21,769 nucleotides of DNA from Myxococcota bacterium (GTDB lineage: Bacteria; Myxococcota_C; UBA6777), in the NCBI GenBank assembly GCA_023150835.1, contig JAKLKB010000014.1, positions 62,001 through 83,769 on the forward strand, written 5' to 3'. Each line of letters starts with the position of its first letter. Position 1 is the stretch's first letter. Shown piece after piece: positions 10,108-18,309 of this stretch. The notes under the pieces were generated by a model. It made no database searches. It had not been told where the DNA came from and saw only the letters and a list, made by a program, of their open reading frames with translations. The position numbers and the translations under genes are program-made.

Positions 10108-10133
10108 AGACCATCTATCGCACCTCACACTAC

Positions 10134-10168
10134 ACCCGCGCACACAAAACCCGCGCACACAAAACCCG
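10134..10168. repeat. 15-bp tandem repeat (ACCCGCGCACACAAA x2.3)
   Basis: Units at 10134-10148 and 10149-10163, then ACCCG. Confidence 0.85.
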
Positions 10169-10222
10169 ATCTCTGATCCGCCCGAACCATCGTGTGTACA
10201 CCCTACGAAAAGGAGGATACTC

Positions 10223-10948
10223 TTGCGAGAGACCTTGTCTTGCCTGATTCAGCTACAAAAGGTCGACTCCGCGATCTTTGAGCTGGCCAAGAGCCGCGAC
10301 CAATACCCCGAGCAGGTCAAGCGCACCCAAGCCAAAGTCGAAGAGTGCTCCGCCATGCTTGAGTCCCTCTCTTCCAAGCTCCAAACCCTACGCGAAGAAC
10401 GTTCCACCAAGGAACTTCACCTCAAAACCGAAGAAGAGAAACTCCGAAAGTGGGAAAAGCGGCTGATGGACTCCAAAAAGCACCACGAAGCCAGCACCCT
10501 CGCCCGCGAGATCGACGCTCAAAAACGACTCAACCAAGAAGTCCAAGAAGAAGCCTTGCGCCTCCTTGAGCAAGAAGAAACCCTCAAGAAAAAAGTCGAC
10601 GAGATCGCCCAAGAACTCGCCACCCTCCGCCAACAGTTCGACAAAGAAAAAGCGCTCAGCGACGCCAAAACCAAAGAGTTCGACTCCAAGATCAAAGCCC
10701 TTGAAGCCGACTGCGGACAATACACCAAGCACCTCAAAAAAAACGTCACCACCAAGTACGAAAATATCAAAAAACGACGCAATGGTTTGGCTGTCGTACC
10801 CGTCCGCGACGGCTGTTGCACCGGCTGCAGCATGAGCCTTCCTCCTCAACTCTATAATATCATCATTCAAGCTACTACCCTCGAAACGTGTCCTAGCTGT
10901 CAACGCATCCTCTACTGGGAAGAAGGTCTGGAGCATGGCATCTCCTAA
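10223..10948 (+). CDS. Coiled-coil protein with C-terminal C4 zinc ribbon (DUF164/CT398-like)
   Basis: AGGAGG RBS and TTG start. LIQLQKVDS N-terminus, long coiled coil, and CTGC…CPSCQRIL. Typical neighbour of RNase HI and rnpB. Confidence 0.9.
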   Translation: MRETLSCLIQLQKVDSAIFELAKSRDQYPEQVKRTQAKVEECSAMLESLSSKLQTLREERSTKELHLKTEEEKLRKWEKRLMDSKKHHEASTLAREIDAQKRLNQEVQEEALRLLEQEETLKKKVDEIAQELATLRQQFDKEKALSDAKTKEFDSKIKALEADCGQYTKHLKKNVTTKYENIKKRRNGLAVVPVRDGCCTGCSMSLPPQLYNIIIQATTLETCPSCQRILYWEEGLEHGIS

Positions 10949-12449
10949 CGACCCCAAGGGCAAAGCCCCCTCAATTCAAGAAGTCTTGCGCTTTCTCCTC
11001 GAACACGAGCAGCTCTCCAAGACACAAAAACACTTTGGACTCTCCAAAGCACAGATCACCGATCTACTCTCCGATCACCTCTCTGCTTCGCTCTCCGACA
11101 CGAACCCTCCTACAGCCGCAGAGAACGCTCCTCGCAATCCGTCAGCCCACGCGCTTAACGCCCATGAAAAGACCGAACATCGGGCAGATCATACGTCCAA
11201 GCATCAGGCCGGTATCAACACCTCAAACAGTGCCCCAAACAATCCCGAAAACAACGGCAATCGCCTCCTCGCCAACGAGAACACACCTTCTGCCCCCTCT
11301 TCTCGCAAAACCAACAAGCCCCCTCACACCAACGGCGCAACCCCCAAATCCAAACCCAAACCCGCTTCCCTTGCCGCTGATGTGCTTGAAGAGGTTGCCC
11401 CTCCCTCTTCCTCCACAACCCACTCCAACAGCGATCCCAACCCTGCCTCGGGCAATGACAAGGTTTCGATGAAAAAAGCCGGAAAAACCAGCACCACCCG
11501 CAAAAACCTCGCCGAACAACACGAAACCCCTGAATCCAACCCCCCCCAAAGCACCCCTCGCACCAAAAAAACCACCCCTCCCTCCGAAGACACCGCTGCT
11601 TCAAAAAAAATCACCGAAAAACCGACCGAAAAACCGACCGAAAAAGCTACCGAAAAAGCTACCGAAAAAGCTACCGAAAAACCGACTGCCACCACCAAAA
11701 AGACCACCGAAACAAAAAAATCCTCCTCGACCAAAAAGAGCAGCGAACCCGAAGACAACTTCGACGACAAACCCGCTGTATCCGAAAAAAACAAAACCAG
11801 CAAAAAGAAAGCTTCGCCCTCCTCTACACGCACCACCCAAGCCTCTTTGCCTTTTGAAGCTGAAGACGCAGACGCAGACGAAGACGAAGTCGAAGAATTC
11901 TTTGAAGACGAAGTCGACGAAGAGGAAGACAGCACCACCCGCAAAAAGAAAACCACCAAAGACAGCGAAGCGCGCAGCAAAAATCGCCGTCAGTCCTCTC
12001 CACGCGGGCGCCGCGCCACCATCCTCGAACCTGAACACTACACCTACCAACGCCTCTTGATCTACACCGACGGAGCCGCTCGCGGAAATCCCGGTGAGTC
12101 CGGCGCTGGCGTTGTCCTCAAAACTCCTGAAGGTGAAGAAGTCGGTCGTTTTGGCCGCTATCTCGGCAAAAAAACCAACAACCACGCCGAGTACGAAGCT
12201 GTGCTGTTGGGACTCCACCAAGCCCGTGAGTTCGGCGCAAGCGAAGTCACCATCCTCTCTGACTCCGATCTCCTCATCCGCCAACTCCTCAAAGAATACC
12301 GCGTCCGCGCACAACACCTCCGCGATCTCTTTGACCAAGTCCAAGAGATGCTCTCCGTGTTTGAAAAACATCAAATCAAACGCATCGGACGCGAAAAGAA
12401 CGCAGATGCCGACTTGATGGCAAATCGCGCCATCGACGAACGCCTCTAA
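10935..12449 (+). CDS. rnhA: Ribonuclease HI-family protein with long low-complexity N-terminal extension
   Basis: The C-terminal ~135 aa has IYTDGAARGNPG, TNNHAEY, SDSDLL and REKNADADLMAN (D-E-D-D catalytic set). A short helical N-terminal segment is followed by ~310 aa rich in S/T/P/K/E. Confidence 0.9.
   Translation: MASPNDPKGKAPSIQEVLRFLLEHEQLSKTQKHFGLSKAQITDLLSDHLSASLSDTNPPTAAENAPRNPSAHALNAHEKTEHRADHTSKHQAGINTSNSAPNNPENNGNRLLANENTPSAPSSRKTNKPPHTNGATPKSKPKPASLAADVLEEVAPPSSSTTHSNSDPNPASGNDKVSMKKAGKTSTTRKNLAEQHETPESNPPQSTPRTKKTTPPSEDTAASKKITEKPTEKPTEKATEKATEKATEKPTATTKKTTETKKSSSTKKSSEPEDNFDDKPAVSEKNKTSKKKASPSSTRTTQASLPFEAEDADADEDEVEEFFEDEVDEEEDSTTRKKKTTKDSEARSKNRRQSSPRGRRATILEPEHYTYQRLLIYTDGAARGNPGESGAGVVLKTPEGEEVGRFGRYLGKKTNNHAEYEAVLLGLHQAREFGASEVTILSDSDLLIRQLLKEYRVRAQHLRDLFDQVQEMLSVFEKHQIKRIGREKNADADLMANRAIDERL
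11613..11684 (+). repeat. In-frame 12-bp repeat x6 (TEKP/TEKA) in RNase HI
   Basis: accgaaaaaccg x2, accgaaaaagct x3, accgaaaaaccg x1. Confidence 0.92.
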
Positions 12450-12467
12450 ACCACCAAACGTACGATT

Positions 12468-12903
12468 GGGTAAGTAGACAAGGTGATCGCTGGTGAGCTT
12501 TCCTCCCTCTGGGAGGAAGTTTGCGAGAGGAAAGTCCGAACTCCACAGGGCAGCGTGCTGGTTAACGGCCAGTGAGGGTGACCTCAAGGAAAGTGCCACA
12601 GAAAACAAACCGCCTGACTCGGTGTCTTTGGCTTGCCCCCAACCTCCCCCGGAGGAAGGGAACACCCAGTCGGTAAGGGCGAAACGGTGGGGTAAGAGCC
12701 CACCGGATCTCTGGTAACAGCGATCGCAGGGTAAACCCCACGCGGAGCAAAACCAAGAAGGAGGTGAGTGACCCGCTCGATACCTCCGGGTTGGTTGCGT
12801 GTCGCTTTGGCAACAAAGCGCGGAGTCGACCAGCAATGGCCGACCTAGAAGAATGATCGCCACCCCTCGGGGTACAAAATTCGGCTTATCGCTCTACTTT
12901 CCC
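12468..12903 (+). ncRNA. rnpB: RNase P RNA, bacterial class A
   Basis: Conserved GAGGAAAGTCCGAACTCC, GGAAAGTGCCACAGAAA, GGTAAGAGCCCACCG, GGTAAACCCC and ACAAAATTCGGCTTAT, with P4 covariation CCGAA/TTCGG. P1 is gggtaagtaga/tctactttccc. Confidence 0.96.
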
Positions 12904-12905
12904 AA

Positions 12906-12944
12906 ACCAAAGGGGCTCTCTTCATCCGAGGAAGCCCCTTTGGT
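12906..12944 (+). terminator. Hairpin directly after rnpB, probable terminator or processing stem
   Basis: ACCAAAGGGGCT…AGCCCCTTTGGT, a 12-bp perfect stem with only a weak U tail. Confidence 0.6.
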
Positions 12945-13016
12945 CTATCCACCCCTACACAACCCACAAGATCATTCAACGACACAACTCCAACCAAAAA
13001 AAAAGGAATCCCCCCA

Positions 13017-13898
13017 ATGGAAGGACAATGGTGGCAATGGACTTGTATCTGCCAACCCGAACAAGCCGAGGCTTTTGGCGGCGTCTTGATGGAACTTGGC
13101 GCACTCGGTGTCGAAGAACGCGCCGTAGACGATCGACTGATCCTTCAGCATTACCAAGGCGATATGCGGCTGATCGCTTACTTTGGCGAAGAACCTGACG
13201 CCGATCTGCTCGAAGATGTCGGAACATGGGCCACACAGTTCGACGTCGACCTCGAAACAGCGGGATGGTCCGTACACCGAGACGATGGTTGGTCCACCAA
13301 CTGGCGGCGCTTTTTCCACCCGCTACCCGTCGGAGAACGCCTTGTGATCTGCCCAAGCTGGGAGGCTTTTGCCCCACAACCCCACCAAGTCGTCCTCCAA
13401 CTTGACCCCGGCATGGCCTTCGGCACAGGTCACCACGAAACCACCCGCCAATGCCTCCGCCTCCTCGAACGCTACCTCAAACCCCAACAGACCGTCCTTG
13501 ATGTGGGCTGCGGCTCGGGCATCCTTTCCATCGCCGCCGTCTTGCTCGGCGCTTCACACGCCACCGGCATCGATATCGACCCCGACGCGATCATGGTCGC
13601 TCTCGAAAATGCCGAACTCAATCGCGCTCAGCACGCTTGCACCTTTTCCACTCAGACCCTTGACGACATCCCAAACACCCATCCCATCGTGCTTGCCAAT
13701 ATCCAAGCCCATATCCTGCTACCCATGCGCCAAGCCCTCTGGGATCACACCCTACCCAACGGCCTCTTGATCTTGTCCGGTCTACTCAACGAACAAGCCG
13801 ATGACGTCAAACTCGCCTTCGAACAAGGCGGCCACACCTGCCTCGCCACCCTCCAAGAAGAGACTTGGTCCTCCCTTGCCTTGCAAAAATCTGCCTAG
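13017..13898 (+). CDS. prmA: Ribosomal protein L11 methyltransferase
   Basis: DPGMAFGTGHHETT, SAM motif VLDVGCGSGIL, GIDID, and LILSGLL. Confidence 0.95.
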   Translation: MEGQWWQWTCICQPEQAEAFGGVLMELGALGVEERAVDDRLILQHYQGDMRLIAYFGEEPDADLLEDVGTWATQFDVDLETAGWSVHRDDGWSTNWRRFFHPLPVGERLVICPSWEAFAPQPHQVVLQLDPGMAFGTGHHETTRQCLRLLERYLKPQQTVLDVGCGSGILSIAAVLLGASHATGIDIDPDAIMVALENAELNRAQHACTFSTQTLDDIPNTHPIVLANIQAHILLPMRQALWDHTLPNGLLILSGLLNEQADDVKLAFEQGGHTCLATLQEETWSSLALQKSA

Positions 13899-13956
13899 CA
13901 AGCCATAACCGTGATCTCTTTCATCCCGACCGACCGATAGGAGGCCTCTTTTTCCC

Positions 13957-16900
13957 ATGAAACACACCAGCCATCCCCAACCCCTGCCCACCGCGTGGCC
14001 ACCCACCCAACGCTTGCGCTTTGTCACCGCAGCCAGCCTCTTCGATGGACACGACGCCGCCATCAATATCATGCGCCGCATCCTCCAATCCGAAGGGGCC
14101 GAAGTCATCCACCTCGGACATGACCGCTCCGTCGCCGAGATCGTCTCCGCCGCCATCGAAGAAGATGCACACGGCATCGCTGTGTCTTCCTATCAAGGCG
14201 GACACATGGAGTATTTCGCTTATATGGTGCAGCTTCTCGCCGAACGCGGACGCCCTGACCTCCCCGTCTTTGGCGGCGGTGGCGGCACCATCACCGACAA
14301 AGAGATCGCCACCCTCCACAGCCAAGGCGTCAACAAGATCTATTCGGTCGAGGATGGCCGTCGCCTCGGACTCGTCGGCATGATCCGCGATATGATGATC
14401 CGCGCTGACCGCGATCTGCTCGCCAAACAACAAGCCCTCCCACTCGGACTCTTCGACCGCATCACCCCCGATGTCGCACGCACCCTTACTTGGCTCGAAT
14501 CCCTCCACCACCAATCCGCAGAAGGCGATGCCTCCGCCACTCAACGCCTCCACGATCTCCGCACACAGCTCCAAGCCTCGCCTCACAAAGCCCCCATCCT
14601 CGGCATCACCGGCACTGGCGGCGCTGGAAAGTCCTCTCTCACCGATGAACTGATCCGACGGATGCTCGAAACCTACCCCGACCGCAACTTCGCCATCCTC
14701 TCCGTCGACCCCACCCGACGACGCACTGGCGGCGCACTCCTCGGCGACCGCATCCGCATGAATGCCGTCTCTTCCCCTCGCGTCTTTATGCGCTCTATGG
14801 CCACCCGACAAGCCAATACCGCCGTCTCTTCCGCCGTCCGTGACGCTCTCCATGCACTCCAAGCCGCTCGCTTCGACTTGATCATCCTCGAAACCGCTGG
14901 CATCGGACAAAGCGATAGCGCCGTCGTCGACCTCTGTGACTTCTCCATGTACGTCATGACCCCCGAATTCGGCGCTCCCACCCAGCTTGAAAAGATCGAC
15001 ATGCTCGACTTTGCCGATGTCATCGCCATCAACAAAGCCGATAAACGCGGAGCCGACGATGCCCACCGCTACGTCGCCAAACAAGTCCAACGCAACCGCA
15101 GCGCCTTTGACCGCACCCCCGAAGAGATGCCCGTCTTCTCCTGTATCGCCAGTCACTTCGGCGACGCAGGCGTCGATGCCCTCTTCCTGCATCTCATGAA
15201 ACGGATCGACACCCAACGCGGAAACTGGAACCCGGGCGAACCCCAATGGCGCGCACCCGAAACCCAAGTCGTCCTCCCACCCAAACGCATCCGCTACCTC
15301 TCCGAGATCGCCGACAGCGTCCGAAACTACAAAAAACGCGGCGCAGCCGAAGCCGAAAAACTTCACCGCGCTGACGGCCTATTTCGCTCTCTCCAAGAAC
15401 TCGGCGATCCCACCCCTCCCCTCGCCACTCCCTACCCCCAACACCAACTCTCCACCCCCAACACCGATCCCGCGATCCTCCTGCTTCGACAACGCTATAA
15501 CGCACTCCTATCCGAGATATCCAACGAAGCCCTCTCCCTCTTGCGCGAAACCCCCGCCCTCCAAAAATCCTTCCGCGATGACGAAAACATCTATACCGTC
15601 CGAGGCCGCGAGATCCGCGTCCAAAACTACACCCAAACCCTCTCACACAACCGCATCCCCAAAGTCGCCCTCCCCCACTCCCAAGACTGGGCCTCTCTCT
15701 TCTCTTGGCGATGGCTTGAAAATATCCCCGGCTCCTTCCCCTTTACCGCTGGCGTCTTCCCCTACAAACGCACCGGCGAAGACCCCGCCCGTATGTTCGC
15801 TGGCGAAGGCGGCCCCGAACGCACCAACAAACGCTTTCACTACCTCTCCAAAGGACAACCCGCTTCCCGCCTCTCCACCGCCTTTGACTCCGTCACACTC
15901 TACGGACGCGATCCCGCCAAACGACCCGACGTCTACGGCAAAGTCGGAAACTCTGGCGTCTCCGTACCCACCCTCGATGACGCAAAACGCCTCTACTCCG
16001 GCTTCGATCTGTGTTCCCCCAAAACCAGCGTCTCCATGACCATCAACGGACCCGCACCCATCCTCCTCGCCATGTTCCTCAATACCGCCATCGATCAACA
16101 AGTCGAACAACGTCTCAAATCCTCCGGTCGATGGCCCGAAGCTCAACAAAAGATCGCTCAACTCGCCCCCGATCTCCCTTCCTACCGCTCCACCCAACTC
16201 CCCGAAGGTCACGACGGCCAAGGTCTCGGACTCCTCGGCGTCTCTGGCGATCAACTCCTCTCCCCCGAAGAATACGCCGAGATCCGCGCCTGCACCCTCG
16301 AACAAGTCCGTGGCACCGTCCAAGCCGATATCCTCAAAGAAGACCAAGCCCAAAATACCTGCATCTTCTCCACCGACTTTGCCCTCAAAATGATGGGCGA
16401 TATCCAGTCCTACTTCATCTCCCACAAGATCCAAAACTTCTACTCCGTCTCCGTCTCCGGCTACCATATCGCCGAAGCCGGCGCAAACCCCATCTCCCAA
16501 CTCGCCTTCACCCTCGCCAACGGCTTCACTTTCGCCGAATACTACCGCGCTCGCGGCATGAACGTCGATGACTTCGCCCGCAACTTCTCCTTCTTCTTTA
16601 GCAACGGTATCGACCCCGAATACTCCGTCATCGGCCGCGTCGCCCGCCGCATCTGGGCCGTCGCCATGCGCGATCTCTACGGCGCAAACGAACGCTCTCA
16701 ACAACTCAAATACCACATCCAAACCTCTGGCCGATCCCTACACGCCCAAGAGATCGCCTTCAACGATATCCGCACCACCCTCCAAGCCCTCTACGCCATG
16801 GCCGATAACTGCAACTCCCTCCACACCAACGCCTACGACGAAGCCATCACCACCCCCACCGAAGAATCCGTCCGCCGCGCTCTCGCTATCCAACTCATCC

Positions 16901-17409
16901 TCTCCCGCGAATTCGGACTCCTCAAAAACGAAAACCCCAACCAAGGCGCCTACATCATCGAATACCTCACCGAGATCGTCGAAGAAGCCGTCCTCGCCGA
17001 ATTCGACCGCATCACCGAACGCGGCGGCGTTCTCGGTGCCATGGAACTCATGTACCAACGCTCCAAGATCCAAGAAGAATCCCTCTACTACGAAACCAAA
17101 AAACACAACGGCGAACTCCCCATCGTCGGCGTCAACACCTTCCTCGATCCCCACGCCTCCGACGGCGTCGTCGAGATCGAACTCGCCCGCTCCACCGACT
17201 CCGAAAAAGAGACCCAGATATCCGGCGTCGCTGCCTTCCAATCCCGAAACGCCTACCGCTCTCCACTCGCCCTCTCCCAACTCAAAAAAGTCGCCCTCGA
17301 AGGCGGCAACCTCTTCGACGAACTCATGCAATCCGTCAAATCCTGCTCCCTCGGTCAAATCACCCAAGCCCTCTTTGAAGTCGGCGGACAATATCGACGC
17401 AACATGTAA
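13957..17409 (+). CDS. icmF: Fused isobutyryl-CoA mutase / MeaB-type GTPase
   Basis: N-terminal B12-binding domain ([20 protein letters not shown]), P-loop GTGGAGKSS and NKAD, and a mutase domain with [20 protein letters not shown] and [10 protein letters not shown]. 1150 aa; GGAGG RBS. Confidence 0.95.
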   Translation: MKHTSHPQPLPTAWPPTQRLRFVTAASLFDGHDAAINIMRRILQSEGAEVIHLGHDRSVAEIVSAAIEEDAHGIAVSSYQGGHMEYFAYMVQLLAERGRPDLPVFGGGGGTITDKEIATLHSQGVNKIYSVEDGRRLGLVGMIRDMMIRADRDLLAKQQALPLGLFDRITPDVARTLTWLESLHHQSAEGDASATQRLHDLRTQLQASPHKAPILGITGTGGAGKSSLTDELIRRMLETYPDRNFAILSVDPTRRRTGGALLGDRIRMNAVSSPRVFMRSMATRQANTAVSSAVRDALHALQAARFDLIILETAGIGQSDSAVVDLCDFSMYVMTPEFGAPTQLEKIDMLDFADVIAINKADKRGADDAHRYVAKQVQRNRSAFDRTPEEMPVFSCIASHFGDAGVDALFLHLMKRIDTQRGNWNPGEPQWRAPETQVVLPPKRIRYLSEIADSVRNYKKRGAAEAEKLHRADGLFRSLQELGDPTPPLATPYPQHQLSTPNTDPAILLLRQRYNALLSEISNEALSLLRETPALQKSFRDDENIYTVRGREIRVQNYTQTLSHNRIPKVALPHSQDWASLFSWRWLENIPGSFPFTAGVFPYKRTGEDPARMFAGEGGPERTNKRFHYLSKGQPASRLSTAFDSVTLYGRDPAKRPDVYGKVGNSGVSVPTLDDAKRLYSGFDLCSPKTSVSMTINGPAPILLAMFLNTAIDQQVEQRLKSSGRWPEAQQKIAQLAPDLPSYRSTQLPEGHDGQGLGLLGVSGDQLLSPEEYAEIRACTLEQVRGTVQADILKEDQAQNTCIFSTDFALKMMGDIQSYFISHKIQNFYSVSVSGYHIAEAGANPISQLAFTLANGFTFAEYYRARGMNVDDFARNFSFFFSNGIDPEYSVIGRVARRIWAVAMRDLYGANERSQQLKYHIQTSGRSLHAQEIAFNDIRTTLQALYAMADNCNSLHTNAYDEAITTPTEESVRRALAIQLILSREFGLLKNENPNQGAYIIEYLTEIVEEAVLAEFDRITERGGVLGAMELMYQRSKIQEESLYYETKKHNGELPIVGVNTFLDPHASDGVVEIELARSTDSEKETQISGVAAFQSRNAYRSPLALSQLKKVALEGGNLFDELMQSVKSCSLGQITQALFEVGGQYRRNM

Positions 17410-17521
17410 TACGAAATCCGCCTGTAGCGTGATCCTAAAACGTAGGGGCAGCCCCCTGTGGCTGCCCAAGGATAGGGCGCATGGGCGCTCTCCTTCGATC
17501 ATAGATCACTCGGATATCGTA
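17410..17521 (+). mobile_element. MITE-like element A, copy 1 (112 bp), containing a GTAG-type REP
   Basis: Termini TACGAAATCCG…CGGATATCGTA, flanked by TAA on both sides; the left TAA is the icmF stop codon. Internal GTAG-GGGCAGCC-ccctgt-GGCTGCCC at 17442-17467. Confidence 0.8.
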
Positions 17522-17525
17522 TAAC

Positions 17526-17616
17526 CTTTTTTGTGGGGAGTCTTTTTTTGTGGGGGGTCTTTTTTTGTGGGGTTCTACCCCACACCCCGCAAGGGAGCGC
17601 GGCTCCCTTGACCCCG
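17526..17616. repeat. Three TTTTTTGTGGGG units followed by a double-hairpin palindromic repeat
   Basis: TGTGGGGT-tct-ACCCCACA (17566-17584) and CAAGGGAGC-gcg-GCTCCCTTG (17590-17610). Confidence 0.7.
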
Positions 17617-17746
17617 TATCGGCGAAGAGAGCACAGGTTTTTCAAACAAATGACTCTGTCGCTTGAAGTACCGCGAACACGGGGTTTTTTTTTGCACGTT
17701 GCCCCCACACACACCACGGCACATAGCCCACGTGGGCGGAGGCTTA

Positions 17747-17988
17747 TACGAAATCCGCTCATTGCGTACACGGAAAACGTAGGGGCAGCCCCCCGTGGCT
17801 GCCCAAGGACAGGGCGTCTACAGCGGATCGCATCTACCCTTCGATCACACTTCTCTTGGATAGGACTTACGCAGTCCGAGACGAAAAAGGCCCATGTTCG
17901 GGCGTGGACGGTTCGCGAACCGCCCCTACAACGTTCTGATATCTCAGGGTTTCCCTTTTCAACTGCGTAAGTCCTATTGGATTTCGTA
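17747..17988 (+). mobile_element. MITE-like element A, copy 2, interrupted by element B
   Basis: Termini TACGAAATCCG…TGGATTTCGTA, flanked by TTA on both sides; REP at 17779-17804. Length is ~121 bp after removing element B and one copy of its target duplication. Confidence 0.78.
17861..17976. mobile_element. MITE-like element B (116 bp), nested at the right end of A2 and carrying a second GTAG REP type
   Basis: Perfect 15-bp TIR TAGGACTTACGCAGT…ACTGCGTAAGTCCTA. TTGGA directly repeated at 17856-17860 and 17977-17981. Minus-strand GTAGGGGCGGTTCGCGAACCGTCC at 17906-17929. Confidence 0.82.
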
Positions 17989-18000
17989 TTACAGGAGTAA

Positions 18001-18110
18001 TACGAAATCCGCCCACAGCGTGATCGCAAGATGTAGGGGCAGCCCCCTGTGGCTGCCCTATTACAGGGCGTCTACGCACTATTCTTCGTGTACATCACTC
18101 GGATATCGTA
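18001..18110 (+). mobile_element. MITE-like element A, copy 3 (110 bp)
   Basis: Termini TACGAAATCCG…CGGATATCGTA, flanked by TAA on both sides; REP at 18033-18058. Confidence 0.8.
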
Positions 18111-18119
18111 TAAATACTA

Positions 18120-18275
18120 GTTGACAGAGAGTACAAAACGCGAAATAGGCAGATGGCGATGTTCTTCCCCCTCTGCCCCCTCGCGGCAGCAGCGAGGCTT
18201 TGCGAGCATCGCAGGGAGAGGGGACGCCCGAAGGGCAGGGGTGAGGGTGAGACGGGTTGTACTCTTTCTGTAAAC
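18120..18275 (-). repeat. CCCTCACCC…CCCTCTCCC-type palindromic repeat inside imperfect inverted repeats
   Basis: The minus strand reads ACCCTCACCCCTGCCCTTCGGGCGTCCCCTCTCCC…GGGGGCAGAGGGGG (18167-18248). It is bracketed by GTTGACAG-AGAGTACAA (18120-18136) and TTGTACTCT-tt-CTGTAAAC (18257-18275). Confidence 0.6.
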
Positions 18276-18309
18276 GAAGGAGAGCGTCAAAGACCGATGC
18301 AGGCGTTTT

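Noticed and set aside
9519-10222. Integrated island or prophage at the tRNA
   Set aside because: No integrase and no duplicated tRNA 3' end; the usual neighbouring gene follows.
9768-10247. ORFs over the 18-bp array (AQRLVQ, TSRTSP, LYETLG repeats), or CRISPR
   Set aside because: The frames are open only because the repeat lacks stop codons. There is no convincing RBS or homology, and no spacers.
12493-12816. Small ORFs at 12493-12717 and 12562-12816
   Set aside because: They lie within the RNase P RNA gene.
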